Positions 8,709 through 18,008 of a stretch of DNA of 64,000 bases are shown piece after piece (the first letter of the stretch is position 1; every line of letters begins with the position of its first letter). The translations under genes were made by a program, and so were the position numbers. Under the pieces are notes generated by a model. The model was not told where the DNA came from. It saw nothing but the letters and a program-made list of their open reading frames with translations, and made no database searches. The stretch comes from an uncultured Eubacteriales bacterium. Lineage in GTDB: Bacteria; Bacillota; Clostridia; Oscillospirales; CAG-272. The stretch covers positions 2,283 through 66,282 of the forward strand of contig CAKRMZ010000004.1 in the NCBI GenBank assembly GCA_934365155.1, read 5' to 3'.

Positions 8709-9899
8709 TTATTCCTGCCAATCAAAAGCAAATTGAGCAAAATATGCTGCCCCGGACCACAGATACTGTTCATCAATATCAAATTTCGGGTTGTGATGCG
8801 GGTAATTGGTCTTATCGTTAAATTTGGAGCAGTGGAAAATATACAAGCTCGGCACCAACTTGGTATACCGCGCAAAATCCTCACCGGCCGGCGTCAGTTC
8901 CGTAATTTCTCTAATATGCTCCTCCGGAACAATTTTTCTGGAAACCTTTTTGAAGATATCCACAAGATGCGCATCCATTCTCGAGGAATTTAAGTCAAAG
9001 ATTTTCTCTGCCTCTACCTCTACATTCATAGATTCGCCTACGCCCTTAACAATCGAAACCAAACGATTCCAAACAAACGCTTGCTCTTCATCCGTAGTCG
9101 TACGAACAGATCCCTCAATCACACATTCCTCCGGAATAATGTTGTTGCGGGCTCCCCCGTGAATCGTCGTCACTGCGGCAATCACCGGATGAGCGGGATC
9201 GGTATTGCGGCTGACAATGGACTGAATTTGTGTTGTAGCATAGCATGCAGCCAAAATAGGATCGTGAGAGAACTGCGGAGTAGAAACATGAGACCCGACC
9301 CCTTTAAAGCGAACACGATATGCTGTAATACAAAATGACATGCTTTTGGCATTCCAGCCGAATTCGCCGCCGTGGAAGCTTCCGCGGTCAAAAATGTTTC
9401 CGGTATGCAATGCAATCAAAGCATCGACCTTCGGATTTTCAAGCACACCGTCCGCAATCATCGCGCGCGCGCCGCCGTCGCCCTCTTCATAAGGTTGGAA
9501 TATCATCTTTACGCTGCCGCGGAGTTTATCGCGGTTCTCAAAAATGATTTTTGCGGCGCCGAGTGCCATCGCCGTATGTGCGTCATGCCCGCAGGCATGC
9601 ATATTCCCATTTGTTGAAGCAAAAGGCAGCCCCGTCTCTTCCTTCACAGGGAGTCCGTCGCAATCTGCGCGAATACCCAGGCATTTACCCGGAAGAGCTC
9701 CGTGAATCACTGCGGCAATTCCTTTTCCGCCGATTCCGGTACGAATATCGGTAATGCCGATTTCTCCGAGAATCTTCAAAATCAGCTTTTCCGTCAGGTC
9801 CATATCCATTTTCAGTTCCGGACAACGGTGAAATTCACGGCGCCATTCAATAATTTGATTTTCGATTTGCTTTGCAAGCTCTTTTGCACAAAGTTCCAT
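8709..9899 (-). CDS. M20D-family amidohydrolase (N-acyl-amino acid amidohydrolase / hippurate hydrolase-like)
   Basis: 396 aa with metal-binding motifs HACGHDAH and GIRADCDGLPV, plus the typical M20 dimerisation insert. Confidence 0.85.
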   Translation of the reverse strand: MELCAKELAKQIENQIIEWRREFHRCPELKMDMDLTEKLILKILGEIGITDIRTGIGGKGIAAVIHGALPGKCLGIRADCDGLPVKEETGLPFASTNGNMHACGHDAHTAMALGAAKIIFENRDKLRGSVKMIFQPYEEGDGGARAMIADGVLENPKVDALIALHTGNIFDRGSFHGGEFGWNAKSMSFCITAYRVRFKGVGSHVSTPQFSHDPILAACYATTQIQSIVSRNTDPAHPVIAAVTTIHGGARNNIIPEECVIEGSVRTTTDEEQAFVWNRLVSIVKGVGESMNVEVEAEKIFDLNSSRMDAHLVDIFKKVSRKIVPEEHIREITELTPAGEDFARYTKLVPSLYIFHCSKFNDKTNYPHHNPKFDIDEQYLWSGAAYFAQFAFDWQE

Positions 9900-9918
9900 C
9901 GTTTTGTTTTACTCCAAT

Positions 9919-11205
9919 CTATTTTGCAAAATCTTCGGCAATGGATTTTGTAATCTTTAAGAATTCATCTACATCATTAAAGTCATGGCAATGAATCGGC
10001 GAAACACGGATCGCGCCTTTCATGTTGAACGCCTCTAACATACGCTTGGAATACAAGCTGTCAATGACACGCTCATAAACAGTAACACCGCGTCTGGAAT
10101 ATTCCGAAACGCATTCCTTATAATCGATTCCGTCAATGGCAATCGCCAGAATAAGATCCTTTTTGCTGAGATCGCCGTCATCAAAGAACACGGTAACACC
10201 GGGAATCTGATGCAAACCGGGAACCTCCGGCGTACCGTCAAGCAGACGCTCAAACAGTGCCATCTCATGGCTGCGGATGCGATCCATACCAGCGACAAAC
10301 AGCTCACGACGACTGAGCCGCTGCTGTGTGTAGCAGTATCCGATCCAGCAAACATAATCCACAATAGCCGAAAGGGATGCAAAGTTTGACGGAGTCGGGG
10401 AACCGAGCTGCCAAACATTCTGCGGTTTCGCCTTGAGCTTGCGGTGACGGAGCACCGAAAGCCGATCGGAAAGATATGCAAAGCCCGAACCGCGTGTACC
10501 GAAGAACTTATACGGAGCAAAAACCAAAGCGTCCACTCCGAGTTTTTCAACATCCACCGCCGCATGCGGCACATGCTGCACCGCATCGGTAATGCAATAT
10601 AAATCCGGTTTGATTTCCCGTGCGCGTTTCACCATCGTTTCCACATCCAGCACAGCACCAGAAATATTGGAAGCCGCCATCACGCTTAAGCAACAGGTAT
10701 CTTTGTCTACAAGCTTCAGCACTTCATCGACGTCTACTCCGCCTGTTACGGGATTGGCCTTTGCCACACGAAGCTCTTTGCCGGTACGTGCCGCATGATA
10801 CTGCGCCGCGTCAAATGCAGAGGGATGCTCAAGCACGGTTGTAACAATATTGCTTCCCTCGATATTATCCGCAATACAGCCGATAATTTCAAAGTTGATC
10901 TCCGATGCGGTAAGATCGACCTCTACCGTACCGCTCTTTGCGCCGCAAATCACGCGCAAAATATCTTCCACGCCCTTTTCCTGCACCTTGCAGAGCTCTA
11001 ACGCGCGTTCATGAATACGTTCGGGACAATCCGGAAATTGCTCATATTCACTCTTTACTCTAACACATTGCTTTAGTCGCAATGATCCGCCGGAATTTTC
11101 AAAGAAGATTCGCTTGCCGAGATCCGGATCGAAATTAATATAGTAAAATCGATCGCGAATCTCTTTTTGCATTTGCGAATCAAAAGGTTCTCCGAATTTT
11201 CCCAT
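9919..11205 (-). CDS. class V PLP aminotransferase / cysteine-desulfurase-fold enzyme
   Basis: 428 aa of fold-type I class V layout (...ITDAVQHVPH...FAPYKFFGTRGSG with a candidate PLP lysine). There are 19 nt to the next gene. Confidence 0.7.
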   Translation of the reverse strand: MGKFGEPFDSQMQKEIRDRFYYINFDPDLGKRIFFENSGGSLRLKQCVRVKSEYEQFPDCPERIHERALELCKVQEKGVEDILRVICGAKSGTVEVDLTASEINFEIIGCIADNIEGSNIVTTVLEHPSAFDAAQYHAARTGKELRVAKANPVTGGVDVDEVLKLVDKDTCCLSVMAASNISGAVLDVETMVKRAREIKPDLYCITDAVQHVPHAAVDVEKLGVDALVFAPYKFFGTRGSGFAYLSDRLSVLRHRKLKAKPQNVWQLGSPTPSNFASLSAIVDYVCWIGYCYTQQRLSRRELFVAGMDRIRSHEMALFERLLDGTPEVPGLHQIPGVTVFFDDGDLSKKDLILAIAIDGIDYKECVSEYSRRGVTVYERVIDSLYSKRMLEAFNMKGAIRVSPIHCHDFNDVDEFLKITKSIAEDFAK

Positions 11206-11243
11206 AAAATTGCACCTCTTCTTTCGCCTCAGTCACTGAACAA

Positions 11244-12491
11244 TCAGTCGTTAATTTCTACAATACCGAATTTCTTCCATGTTTTCCTGGCAGTTTCCAT
11301 ATCCTCCTCGGTAGGATGATATTCTTCTTTGCAGCACGGAATATCCACGCTGTGATCTGCCTTCGGGAAAGGTGTCACGGTATCGTTCTCATATTTCTTG
11401 CGATCCGCTTCATTTTTGAAATCCGGGATCTCATAGGTAGTGCCGCCCTCCAGCACGCTCCGCCAAGCCAAAATTGCCACTGCGGACATCATAACCGAAC
11501 GGTAAACATCAAAGTACGGCTCTTCTTTTCTCTCAACAACCGCTTTGAAGTGTTTCATCACCCAATAGTCTCCGCCGCCGTGGCCCGCGTCGCGAACAAC
11601 AGCTGCCGGATGATCGGCGCCCTCAATATTCGGGATATAAGTTTGTCTTTCGAATTTACCCTCCGGAATCGACCAGGGGTTGTATTGCAGGCAAACCGAA
11701 TCGCCGTCGCCGCGAACGGTTTCGACAAAACCGTCAAGGCAGGCAATGCGGTACCAGTTGCCGCGTCCCGCAATGGCACCGGCACCGGTGAACGAACAAA
11801 TCGATCCGTCTGACATATTGCAGAGCATGGAGGCAATTCCGTCGGAGGAATGCTTTGCCGTGCCTTTGCAAAGTTCAGGTGCCGAAGCGGATACAGCGGT
11901 AACCGTCTTCGGGAAAGCATCGGTGATATACATAATCGGACCCAAAGAGTGAGTCAGATAATAGGTACGGGGTGTCCAGCTGCGCCAGTGATATTCGCCG
12001 CGGGTAAATTTGTTGGTATCTTCCAAAGAAGAGGGGTGAATGTACTCACCGTGAGAATAAAGCACGCGTCCGAGCGTTCCCTCGCGGTAGAGTTTTTCCA
12101 TCTCCTTCGGGCCCTGCATGTACGGATAGTTCTCCGCCAACATGAATTTTTGGCCGGTACGCTCTACGGCGCGGCAGAGCTCAACACATTCGGCAAGTGT
12201 GCTGGCTGCGGTGCACTCGCAGAGAACGTCGCGTCCCAATTCCATCGCGCGAATTGCAAAGGGGGTATGTTCATTAAAGAAGTTAATCAATGCAACCGCA
12301 TCCATATCCTCTTTGATGAATTCTTCAAAATCAGTGAAGGTTTTCGTCGTTTCGGGGCATCTGTTTTTTGCAAAATCCAGTCTCTTTTGGTCCATATCGC
12401 AAATTGCTACGATTTCCAGTCCCAAAAGCTTTGCGCATTTAATAAAGTTCAGACCTCTTGAAAGTCCAAAAATACCGATTTTTACTGCCAT
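11244..12491 (-). CDS. Gfo/Idh/MocA-family NAD(P)-dependent oxidoreductase, paralog A
   Basis: N-terminal Rossmann segment KIGIFGLSRG..AICD and central ENYPY...GEYIHP...YYLTHSLGPIMYIT. Start trimmed to ATG 12491, behind GGGAGGAAA. Confidence 0.8.
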   Translation of the reverse strand: MAVKIGIFGLSRGLNFIKCAKLLGLEIVAICDMDQKRLDFAKNRCPETTKTFTDFEEFIKEDMDAVALINFFNEHTPFAIRAMELGRDVLCECTAASTLAECVELCRAVERTGQKFMLAENYPYMQGPKEMEKLYREGTLGRVLYSHGEYIHPSSLEDTNKFTRGEYHWRSWTPRTYYLTHSLGPIMYITDAFPKTVTAVSASAPELCKGTAKHSSDGIASMLCNMSDGSICSFTGAGAIAGRGNWYRIACLDGFVETVRGDGDSVCLQYNPWSIPEGKFERQTYIPNIEGADHPAAVVRDAGHGGGDYWVMKHFKAVVERKEEPYFDVYRSVMMSAVAILAWRSVLEGGTTYEIPDFKNEADRKKYENDTVTPFPKADHSVDIPCCKEEYHPTEEDMETARKTWKKFGIVEIND

Positions 12492-12580
12492 TTTTCTGTT
12501 TCCTCCCAGCCTTTTAAAGGCAATCATAAATTATATACGGCAAACTGTATGCCGCTTTCAAAGCTTTTAAAAAGCTTCCG

Positions 12581-13831
12581 TCAACGGATTTTCGGATCAA
12601 CGAAGATTTTTTCGCGATCCCAGAAGTCATTTGCAAATTTGAGTTCCTCTTCCGTGGGGATGTATTCTTTCTTGCAGCAGGGAATGTCTACGCTGCGATC
12701 TGCTTTCGGATAAGGATTTGCGGTATCGTTCTCGTATTTTTTGCGGTCGGCCTCGTTTCTGAAATCCGGAACCTCCTGCGTTTTACCGCCGTTCAGCACG
12801 CTTCTCCAGCCCATAATCGCGCAGGCGGACATCTGCGTTGCACGGTAAACGTCAAAATACGGCTCTTCCTTGCCTTCCCATACGGCTTTAAAGTGCTTCA
12901 TGACAAAATAGTCACTGCCGCCGTGGCCGGCTGAAAGATATTTATCGGTCGGTACTTCCACACCGTCCGGACGGGGAGCATAGGTTTGTCTCTCCGCTCT
13001 GCCGCTTGGGAGTTCTACCCACGGGTTATATTGTAGGCAAACCTCATCGGCGTTGCCGCGCACGGTTTCGATAAAACCGTCAAGGCAAGCAACACGATAC
13101 CAGATGCCGCGTCCCGCAATCGCGCCCGCACCGGAAAAGGTGCTGATGGAGCCGTCCGACATATTGCACATCATCAATGCAATACCGTCCGCCGTATGCT
13201 TGGAGGTGTTCTTGTTCAGCTCCGGAGCAGCAGCGGAAATCGCGGTGATCGTTTTCGGGAACGCTTTTGTAATATACATAATCGGTCCCAAAGAGTGCGT
13301 CAGATAATAGGTACGCGGAGTCCAGCCTCTCCAGTGATACTGTCCGCGGGTATAACGGTTGGTGTCCTCGGTTGTGCAAGGATGCACATATTCACCGTGG
13401 GAATAGAGAACCCGTCCTAAGCTGCCGTCCGCACAGATCTTTTCCATTTCCATGGGACCTTTGATGTAGGGGTAGTTCTCCGCCAGCATATATTTTCTGC
13501 CGGTGCGCTCTACCGCGCGGCACAGCTCAATGCATTCCGCCAGCGTAATGGCTGCCGTGCATTCACAAAGCACATCCTTACCCTTTTCCATCGCACGGAT
13601 GGCATACGGCGCATGCTCATTAAAATAATTGGCAATCACCACGGCGTCCATGTCATGTTCGATAAACTGATCGAAATCGGAATAGGCAACCGTTGTTTTG
13701 GGGCACTTCTCCATTGCGGTTTCAATGCGCTTGGGGTCCCAGTCGCAAATTGCCACAACATCCACGTTATTCAACTTGGCGCTGTTCACAAAGTTCAAAC
13801 CACGGCACAACCCAAAAATACCGAGTTTCAT
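12581..13831 (-). CDS. Gfo/Idh/MocA-family NAD(P)-dependent oxidoreductase, paralog B (tandem duplicate)
   Basis: 416 aa, colinear and highly similar to 11244-12491 over its whole length (same ENYPY / GEYVHP / YYLTHSLGPIMYIT blocks). Confidence 0.8.
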   Translation of the reverse strand: MKLGIFGLCRGLNFVNSAKLNNVDVVAICDWDPKRIETAMEKCPKTTVAYSDFDQFIEHDMDAVVIANYFNEHAPYAIRAMEKGKDVLCECTAAITLAECIELCRAVERTGRKYMLAENYPYIKGPMEMEKICADGSLGRVLYSHGEYVHPCTTEDTNRYTRGQYHWRGWTPRTYYLTHSLGPIMYITKAFPKTITAISAAAPELNKNTSKHTADGIALMMCNMSDGSISTFSGAGAIAGRGIWYRVACLDGFIETVRGNADEVCLQYNPWVELPSGRAERQTYAPRPDGVEVPTDKYLSAGHGGSDYFVMKHFKAVWEGKEEPYFDVYRATQMSACAIMGWRSVLNGGKTQEVPDFRNEADRKKYENDTANPYPKADRSVDIPCCKKEYIPTEEELKFANDFWDREKIFVDPKIR

Positions 13832-14242
13832 AAATAATTATTCCTTTCGCTATCTCATGTTTTCAAAGCCGTACGGCCCTGAAAATAAAATTTTTTTCTA
13901 TTTTTATATGTACTGCCGGAAAGCAAAAAGTGCATGAGAAAATGCCGACTTTTTTTCACATACTTTTTGTTCTATATGCAGAAAACATCTTTGCTTTTAC
14001 ACATAAAACAGGAAACTTGTACAAAAACAAAAATAAGCTGTAAGGAGTACCAAAAACTCCATACAACTTAATTTTTACATTTTATTGAATTTCGAAAAAT
14101 CAATCGAACTTATCAAGCTAAGTTCATGCAGTTTTTATTCCATATAATAAATGCATAATACATGCAAACTGATATAAACGCACTGCTGCATTCTTTGTTC
14201 TTATTCAATATTCGGGACAATATTAAAAAGATCAATAATATA

Positions 14243-14279
14243 CTTGTTCTGCGGGACAGAGTTTGCCCCGCAGAACAAG
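14243..14279 (-). terminator. intrinsic terminator of the 14346-15584 gene
   Basis: CTTGTTCTGCGGG...CCCGCAGAACAAG hairpin, T-rich on the minus strand. Confidence 0.8.
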
Positions 14280-14345
14280 CAATTACTTTCGGTTTCTTTC
14301 ATCCGATCCATCGGAAAGATGAAAACAAACGAAGTTTATTTGCTC

Positions 14346-15584
14346 TTATTTTCTTTTCTTTTTGCAGATAACCAAAGCGCCAATGCCGGAAACAGCAAGA
14401 GCTGCAAGGCTGCCTACCAAAATCATATCGCCGGTTGCCGGAGAATTGTTACCGTTTCCGGTGCCGGGAGTGTTGCTGCCGGGAGTGTTGCTACCGGGAG
14501 TGTTGCTGCCGGGAGTGTTGCTACCGGGAGTGTTGCTACCGGGAGTGTCGCCACCGTCAGAAAGTTCTGCGTTGGAGGGTTTCACGCCTTCAGCCAATTT
14601 TTCGAAGTCAACTTTTGCGATGTTACCGTTTTTCTCAACATTTTTCAGTCTGAGAATTGCGATATCAGTGCAACGGTGAACTGCGGTCGCACCACCAGCT
14701 GCACCGTCTTCAGCAGGCAACAGGTCTGCAAGATTCTGAATGCGGAAGAGGTTCGGGTTTACGGAACCGTCAGAGTTGATCTGCGGGTAGGTGAGGTAAA
14801 CCATTTGGTTGTTTGATCTCCACTGAGTAGCTTCGCAAACAACGACTTTGCCGTCGCCGAGGTAAAGAGCGATGGTATCGGAATACTGCGCGCCTTCAAT
14901 GGTAGAAGCTGCAGCATTCGCATAACGAACACCGATAATCAGGTCGCCGGGTTGAAGCAGATTCTGTTCAACGGTTTCGCCGATCTTAAGAGTTCTGTCG
15001 AATTTGAAACGGTCAACCTGATTGCCCTCTGCATCCGGGCCGTCAACGGAATGATAATCTTTCACGAGGTCAAAATGAGTTCTGTCATTGTAGAGTTTGC
15101 CGGAAGCGAAAGCAGGTGCTTTGCTTGTGTCAACAATACCGAGGTCTACGTTGAAGAGGTTTTTGTAGATCAAAGAAACCAAGCTGCTACCGGTCATCAT
15201 CAAATAATTACCGTGAGCAAGGTATCCACCAGTTTTTGCATAAGCGCCTGTACCCTGAAGACCCGGCAATGCGTCTGCCCATGTAGCGCATTTATCGGGG
15301 TCGATAAAGTAATACGCTTTGGTACGGATACCGTTCTCATGGGTCTGGTAGCAGGAGTTCGGTCCAGCTTCCGTTGCCGTAGCAACCAGATCAAAGTTCA
15401 ACGCTTTGTCCAGTGCGTAGGATGAGAACAAGAACATGCCGTAATCGTTGCCGTCATTGATGAAGCTGGTGGTGTAATTTGTGAAATTCGCTTGCTGCTT
15501 AGCAGTCAAAGCCGCGGAAGCCACACCAGTAAACATCATGCAAACCAGCACACCGATTGCGAGGGTTTTCATTAGTTTTTTCAT
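14346..15584 (-). CDS. secreted, sortase-anchored paralog of the NlpC/P60-like head family, with catalytic Cys and His replaced
   Basis: Signal peptide MKKLMKTLAIGVLVCMMFTGVASA and the family N-terminal helix ALTAKQQANFTNYTTSFINDG. The Cys motif position reads MMTGSSLV and the His motif position reads SDTIALYLGDG. C-terminus is (TPGSN)x5, SPATG, a hydrophobic helix and KKKRK. Confidence 0.75.
   Translation of the reverse strand: MKKLMKTLAIGVLVCMMFTGVASAALTAKQQANFTNYTTSFINDGNDYGMFLFSSYALDKALNFDLVATATEAGPNSCYQTHENGIRTKAYYFIDPDKCATWADALPGLQGTGAYAKTGGYLAHGNYLMMTGSSLVSLIYKNLFNVDLGIVDTSKAPAFASGKLYNDRTHFDLVKDYHSVDGPDAEGNQVDRFKFDRTLKIGETVEQNLLQPGDLIIGVRYANAAASTIEGAQYSDTIALYLGDGKVVVCEATQWRSNNQMVYLTYPQINSDGSVNPNLFRIQNLADLLPAEDGAAGGATAVHRCTDIAILRLKNVEKNGNIAKVDFEKLAEGVKPSNAELSDGGDTPGSNTPGSNTPGSNTPGSNTPGSNTPGTGNGNNSPATGDMILVGSLAALAVSGIGALVICKKKRK
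14463..14547 (-). repeat. 15-nt in-frame tandem repeat (about 5.5 copies) encoding the TPGSN stalk
   Basis: CCGGGAGTGTTGCT[G/A] is repeated head-to-tail on the plus strand. Confidence 0.9.
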
Positions 15585-15990
15585 GATGAAATTTCCTCCT
15601 GAAAATTATAAAAATATTACTTACGCTTTAAAGATCAGCGCGAACTGCATTTTTCAGCAATTTTAACGATGTTTTACCGCAAGGCGCGGAAAGCTATGTA
15701 TACAATTACCGAAAAGGCGTTCTTAAATGCACTGAAATCTTACACCCATAGCATACCATATTAAAATTGCATTGTCAACAAAAATTATTATAAAAATATT
15801 TAAAATATCTTCATATTTTTTTGTTTTTTTAGAATAAATCGCCATTATTTCCAAAACGGATTTGCTGTTTCGGGGCATGGAAAGAACGAATTCATGAAAG
15901 CGACTGCCGCTTTGTCGTCCAAAGACACAGAATCTTCATTCTTCACTGCTACGTTTTCAAGTCTCAGACATGAAAAATCAAAGAGCGATA

Positions 15991-17892
15991 TCAAACATAG
16001 CGGAAGCCCTTGCGTTTTGCCGGATCGACCAAACGGGTAATAATCGCCGCGACTTCCGCGCGGGTAACCGTTTTGTTCGGCTCAAAGGTACCGCTCGGAT
16101 CCGTACCTGCCACAAGGCCTGCGCGATAGAGTAGGAAGATGCTGTCGGCATGCTCGGAGTTCTCATCCACATCCGGCAGGCGGGTTACAGTATTAATTTC
16201 CTGATATTCTTTTTTCGGCAAAATTTTTGCAAAGAGATATGCCATCTCCGTGCGGGTTGCCGTGCGGCTGCGGTCGGTAAATTCACCGTTTGTGATAATA
16301 CCGTTGTGCACCGCATAGCGCATGTAAATTTCATACCACGGGTCACCCTGTGCAAAAATGCCGCTTCCGCCGTAATAAATGTTGTGCACTCTCGCAGCTA
16401 AGGTAATCAACTCGTTAACGGTGATTTCCTTATTGGGCTCAAACGTAGTTCCGTCGTAAGTGCCGAGCATCAAACCGAATTCAAATGTGCCCTTTGCATA
16501 AGGCGCGAACCACTGCTCTTCCGCTACGTCCCGGAAAATGCCGACGCTGTAATTGTTCTTTTTGATAAAGTTTCGAATTGAGGGAGCTTTCTCAAAGGCC
16601 GGGTAAGTATATTCCGTAGTAGAAGCCACCACATCACCGCTTGCCGCCGTGATGGTAACACTGCCGTTTTCCGCAATATTCACAACGTAACGATCCGAAA
16701 CGTTTCCGGCCGCATCCTTCACCCACAAGCTGTAGCTGCCCGGAGTTTTTCTGAACTCATGAGCCGTGCTCTTTTTGCTTACCCATGCCGGGTTGTTCGG
16801 GAGCTTGCTGAGCTTTGACACGAAGAACCCAAATACGCCGCTTTCATACTGCGAACTGCCGCGCACTACAACTGTCGGGTCGCTGGCCTGCACCAGTACC
16901 CGTCCGTCGCCGTATACGTCGCTGGCATCCACGCGCACTGTGAACTGCCCGTTGGCATTGGCGGTATCGCTGCATGTCACATCGGTAATATACGGCGCTT
17001 TTTTGTCAATTGCGGATTCCGTGCTGTTTAAAGACTTAAAGTCAATATTCATCGAATATCCTTCAAAATCCTCATCCAACACGCCGTCGCTGATACGCAG
17101 TACCTGCAGCGTATTATACCAAGTACCCATATCCATCACGGAGAGGCTGCGTTTGTGAATCAGATAACCGATTGCCGTTCCGTCAAGCTCCGGAAAAACC
17201 GTGCTGCTGGCTTCATAAATCCAGCCGTCACCGGCATAAAGCATAATATGTCCGAGATCCGATGCCGCATTCCGTCCGACGATGATATCGCCCGGCTGCA
17301 TTCTTGCCAATAATTCCTCATCCGCAAAAACCGTATGCAGCGAGTAACCCGGATCTCTGTTCAAATCCAAAATAACTTCAAACAGCGGCAAGCGATTGCC
17401 GTCTTTATCCAAAACGACTCGCCAGTCCGCATAGTTATCCTGAGTAAAGATTGCCGTAGTCCATGCGCTGAAGTGGTTGGCAATATAATAGTCAAAATTA
17501 AAGCCCAATGCACCGCGGTACATGAAATCGACAAATTCCGCGCAGCCGAGAACGATATAGTTGCCCGGACGCACATAATTGTTATCGATATCCTTTTGTG
17601 CTTCCGCTGCGTTCGGATATCCTTCCGGCTTCAGCATCCAAAACATACGGGTCGACGTGTTGCCAACGGTATAAAAACAACGGTCGATATACTCCAGTTT
17701 CATCTGCAGGCAGTTCCATGCGTTTCGGCTACCGTACTGAATCACTCCGGCCTGATTTCCTTCATTTACAAACTTTTCCGTATAATCCATCAACGCTTTC
17801 TGCTGCTTTTCGGTAAGTGCCGCATTGGCAGCAACGGAAAAAGTTGCAATAAGGAACATTGCAATAATTAACATCCGCAAAGCTTTTTTCAT
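15991..17892 (-). CDS. secreted NlpC/P60-like (papain-fold) wall protein with three C-terminal SLH repeats
   Basis: Start trimmed to ATG 17892 (MKKALRMLII... signal peptide, with a G6 RBS). Cys motif LGCAEFV and His motif GHIMLYAGDGWIYE. Ig-like middle region. SLH-type repeats include LPDVDENSEHADSIFLLYRAGLVAGTDPSGTFEPNKTVTRAEVAAIITRL. Confidence 0.8.
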   Translation of the reverse strand: MKKALRMLIIAMFLIATFSVAANAALTEKQQKALMDYTEKFVNEGNQAGVIQYGSRNAWNCLQMKLEYIDRCFYTVGNTSTRMFWMLKPEGYPNAAEAQKDIDNNYVRPGNYIVLGCAEFVDFMYRGALGFNFDYYIANHFSAWTTAIFTQDNYADWRVVLDKDGNRLPLFEVILDLNRDPGYSLHTVFADEELLARMQPGDIIVGRNAASDLGHIMLYAGDGWIYEASSTVFPELDGTAIGYLIHKRSLSVMDMGTWYNTLQVLRISDGVLDEDFEGYSMNIDFKSLNSTESAIDKKAPYITDVTCSDTANANGQFTVRVDASDVYGDGRVLVQASDPTVVVRGSSQYESGVFGFFVSKLSKLPNNPAWVSKKSTAHEFRKTPGSYSLWVKDAAGNVSDRYVVNIAENGSVTITAASGDVVASTTEYTYPAFEKAPSIRNFIKKNNYSVGIFRDVAEEQWFAPYAKGTFEFGLMLGTYDGTTFEPNKEITVNELITLAARVHNIYYGGSGIFAQGDPWYEIYMRYAVHNGIITNGEFTDRSRTATRTEMAYLFAKILPKKEYQEINTVTRLPDVDENSEHADSIFLLYRAGLVAGTDPSGTFEPNKTVTRAEVAAIITRLVDPAKRKGFRYV

Positions 17893-18008
17893 AATTACCC
17901 CCCAAAAACAGATAAAGTTTGTTTTCATCCATATAAATATAAATTGATCGGGATATTTTGCTACCGGTTCATCACCGACAGCAAAAATCCTGAATTTTTA
18001 CCTTATGC

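Noticed and set aside
11316-13420. Multiple 70-200-aa plus-strand ORFs across the two Gfo/Idh/MocA genes
   Set aside because: They are reverse-frame ORFs of GC-rich coding DNA. The same pattern recurs in both duplicates because the duplicates share sequence.
14244-14816. Plus-strand ORFs over the TPGSN repeat (14244-14816, 14362-14679, 14435-14653), including Cys-rich and Leu-Pro-Gly-Val repetitive translations
   Set aside because: These are artefacts of reading the 15-nt tandem repeat in other frames or on the other strand. The minus-strand gene has a signal peptide, a family head domain and a sorting signal.
15585-15990. c-di-AMP (ydaO-type) or other riboswitch in the long leaders of the hydrolase genes
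   Set aside because: I found a promoter-like element and a leader of about 150 nt, but none of the conserved riboswitch cores I know. It cannot be excluded without a covariance-model search (Rfam/Infernal).
17898-17903. G6 tract forming the RBS of the 15991-17892 gene as a slipped-strand phase-variation site
   Set aside because: A 6-nt homopolymer is short for efficient slippage, and there is no independent evidence. It is noted only as a curiosity.
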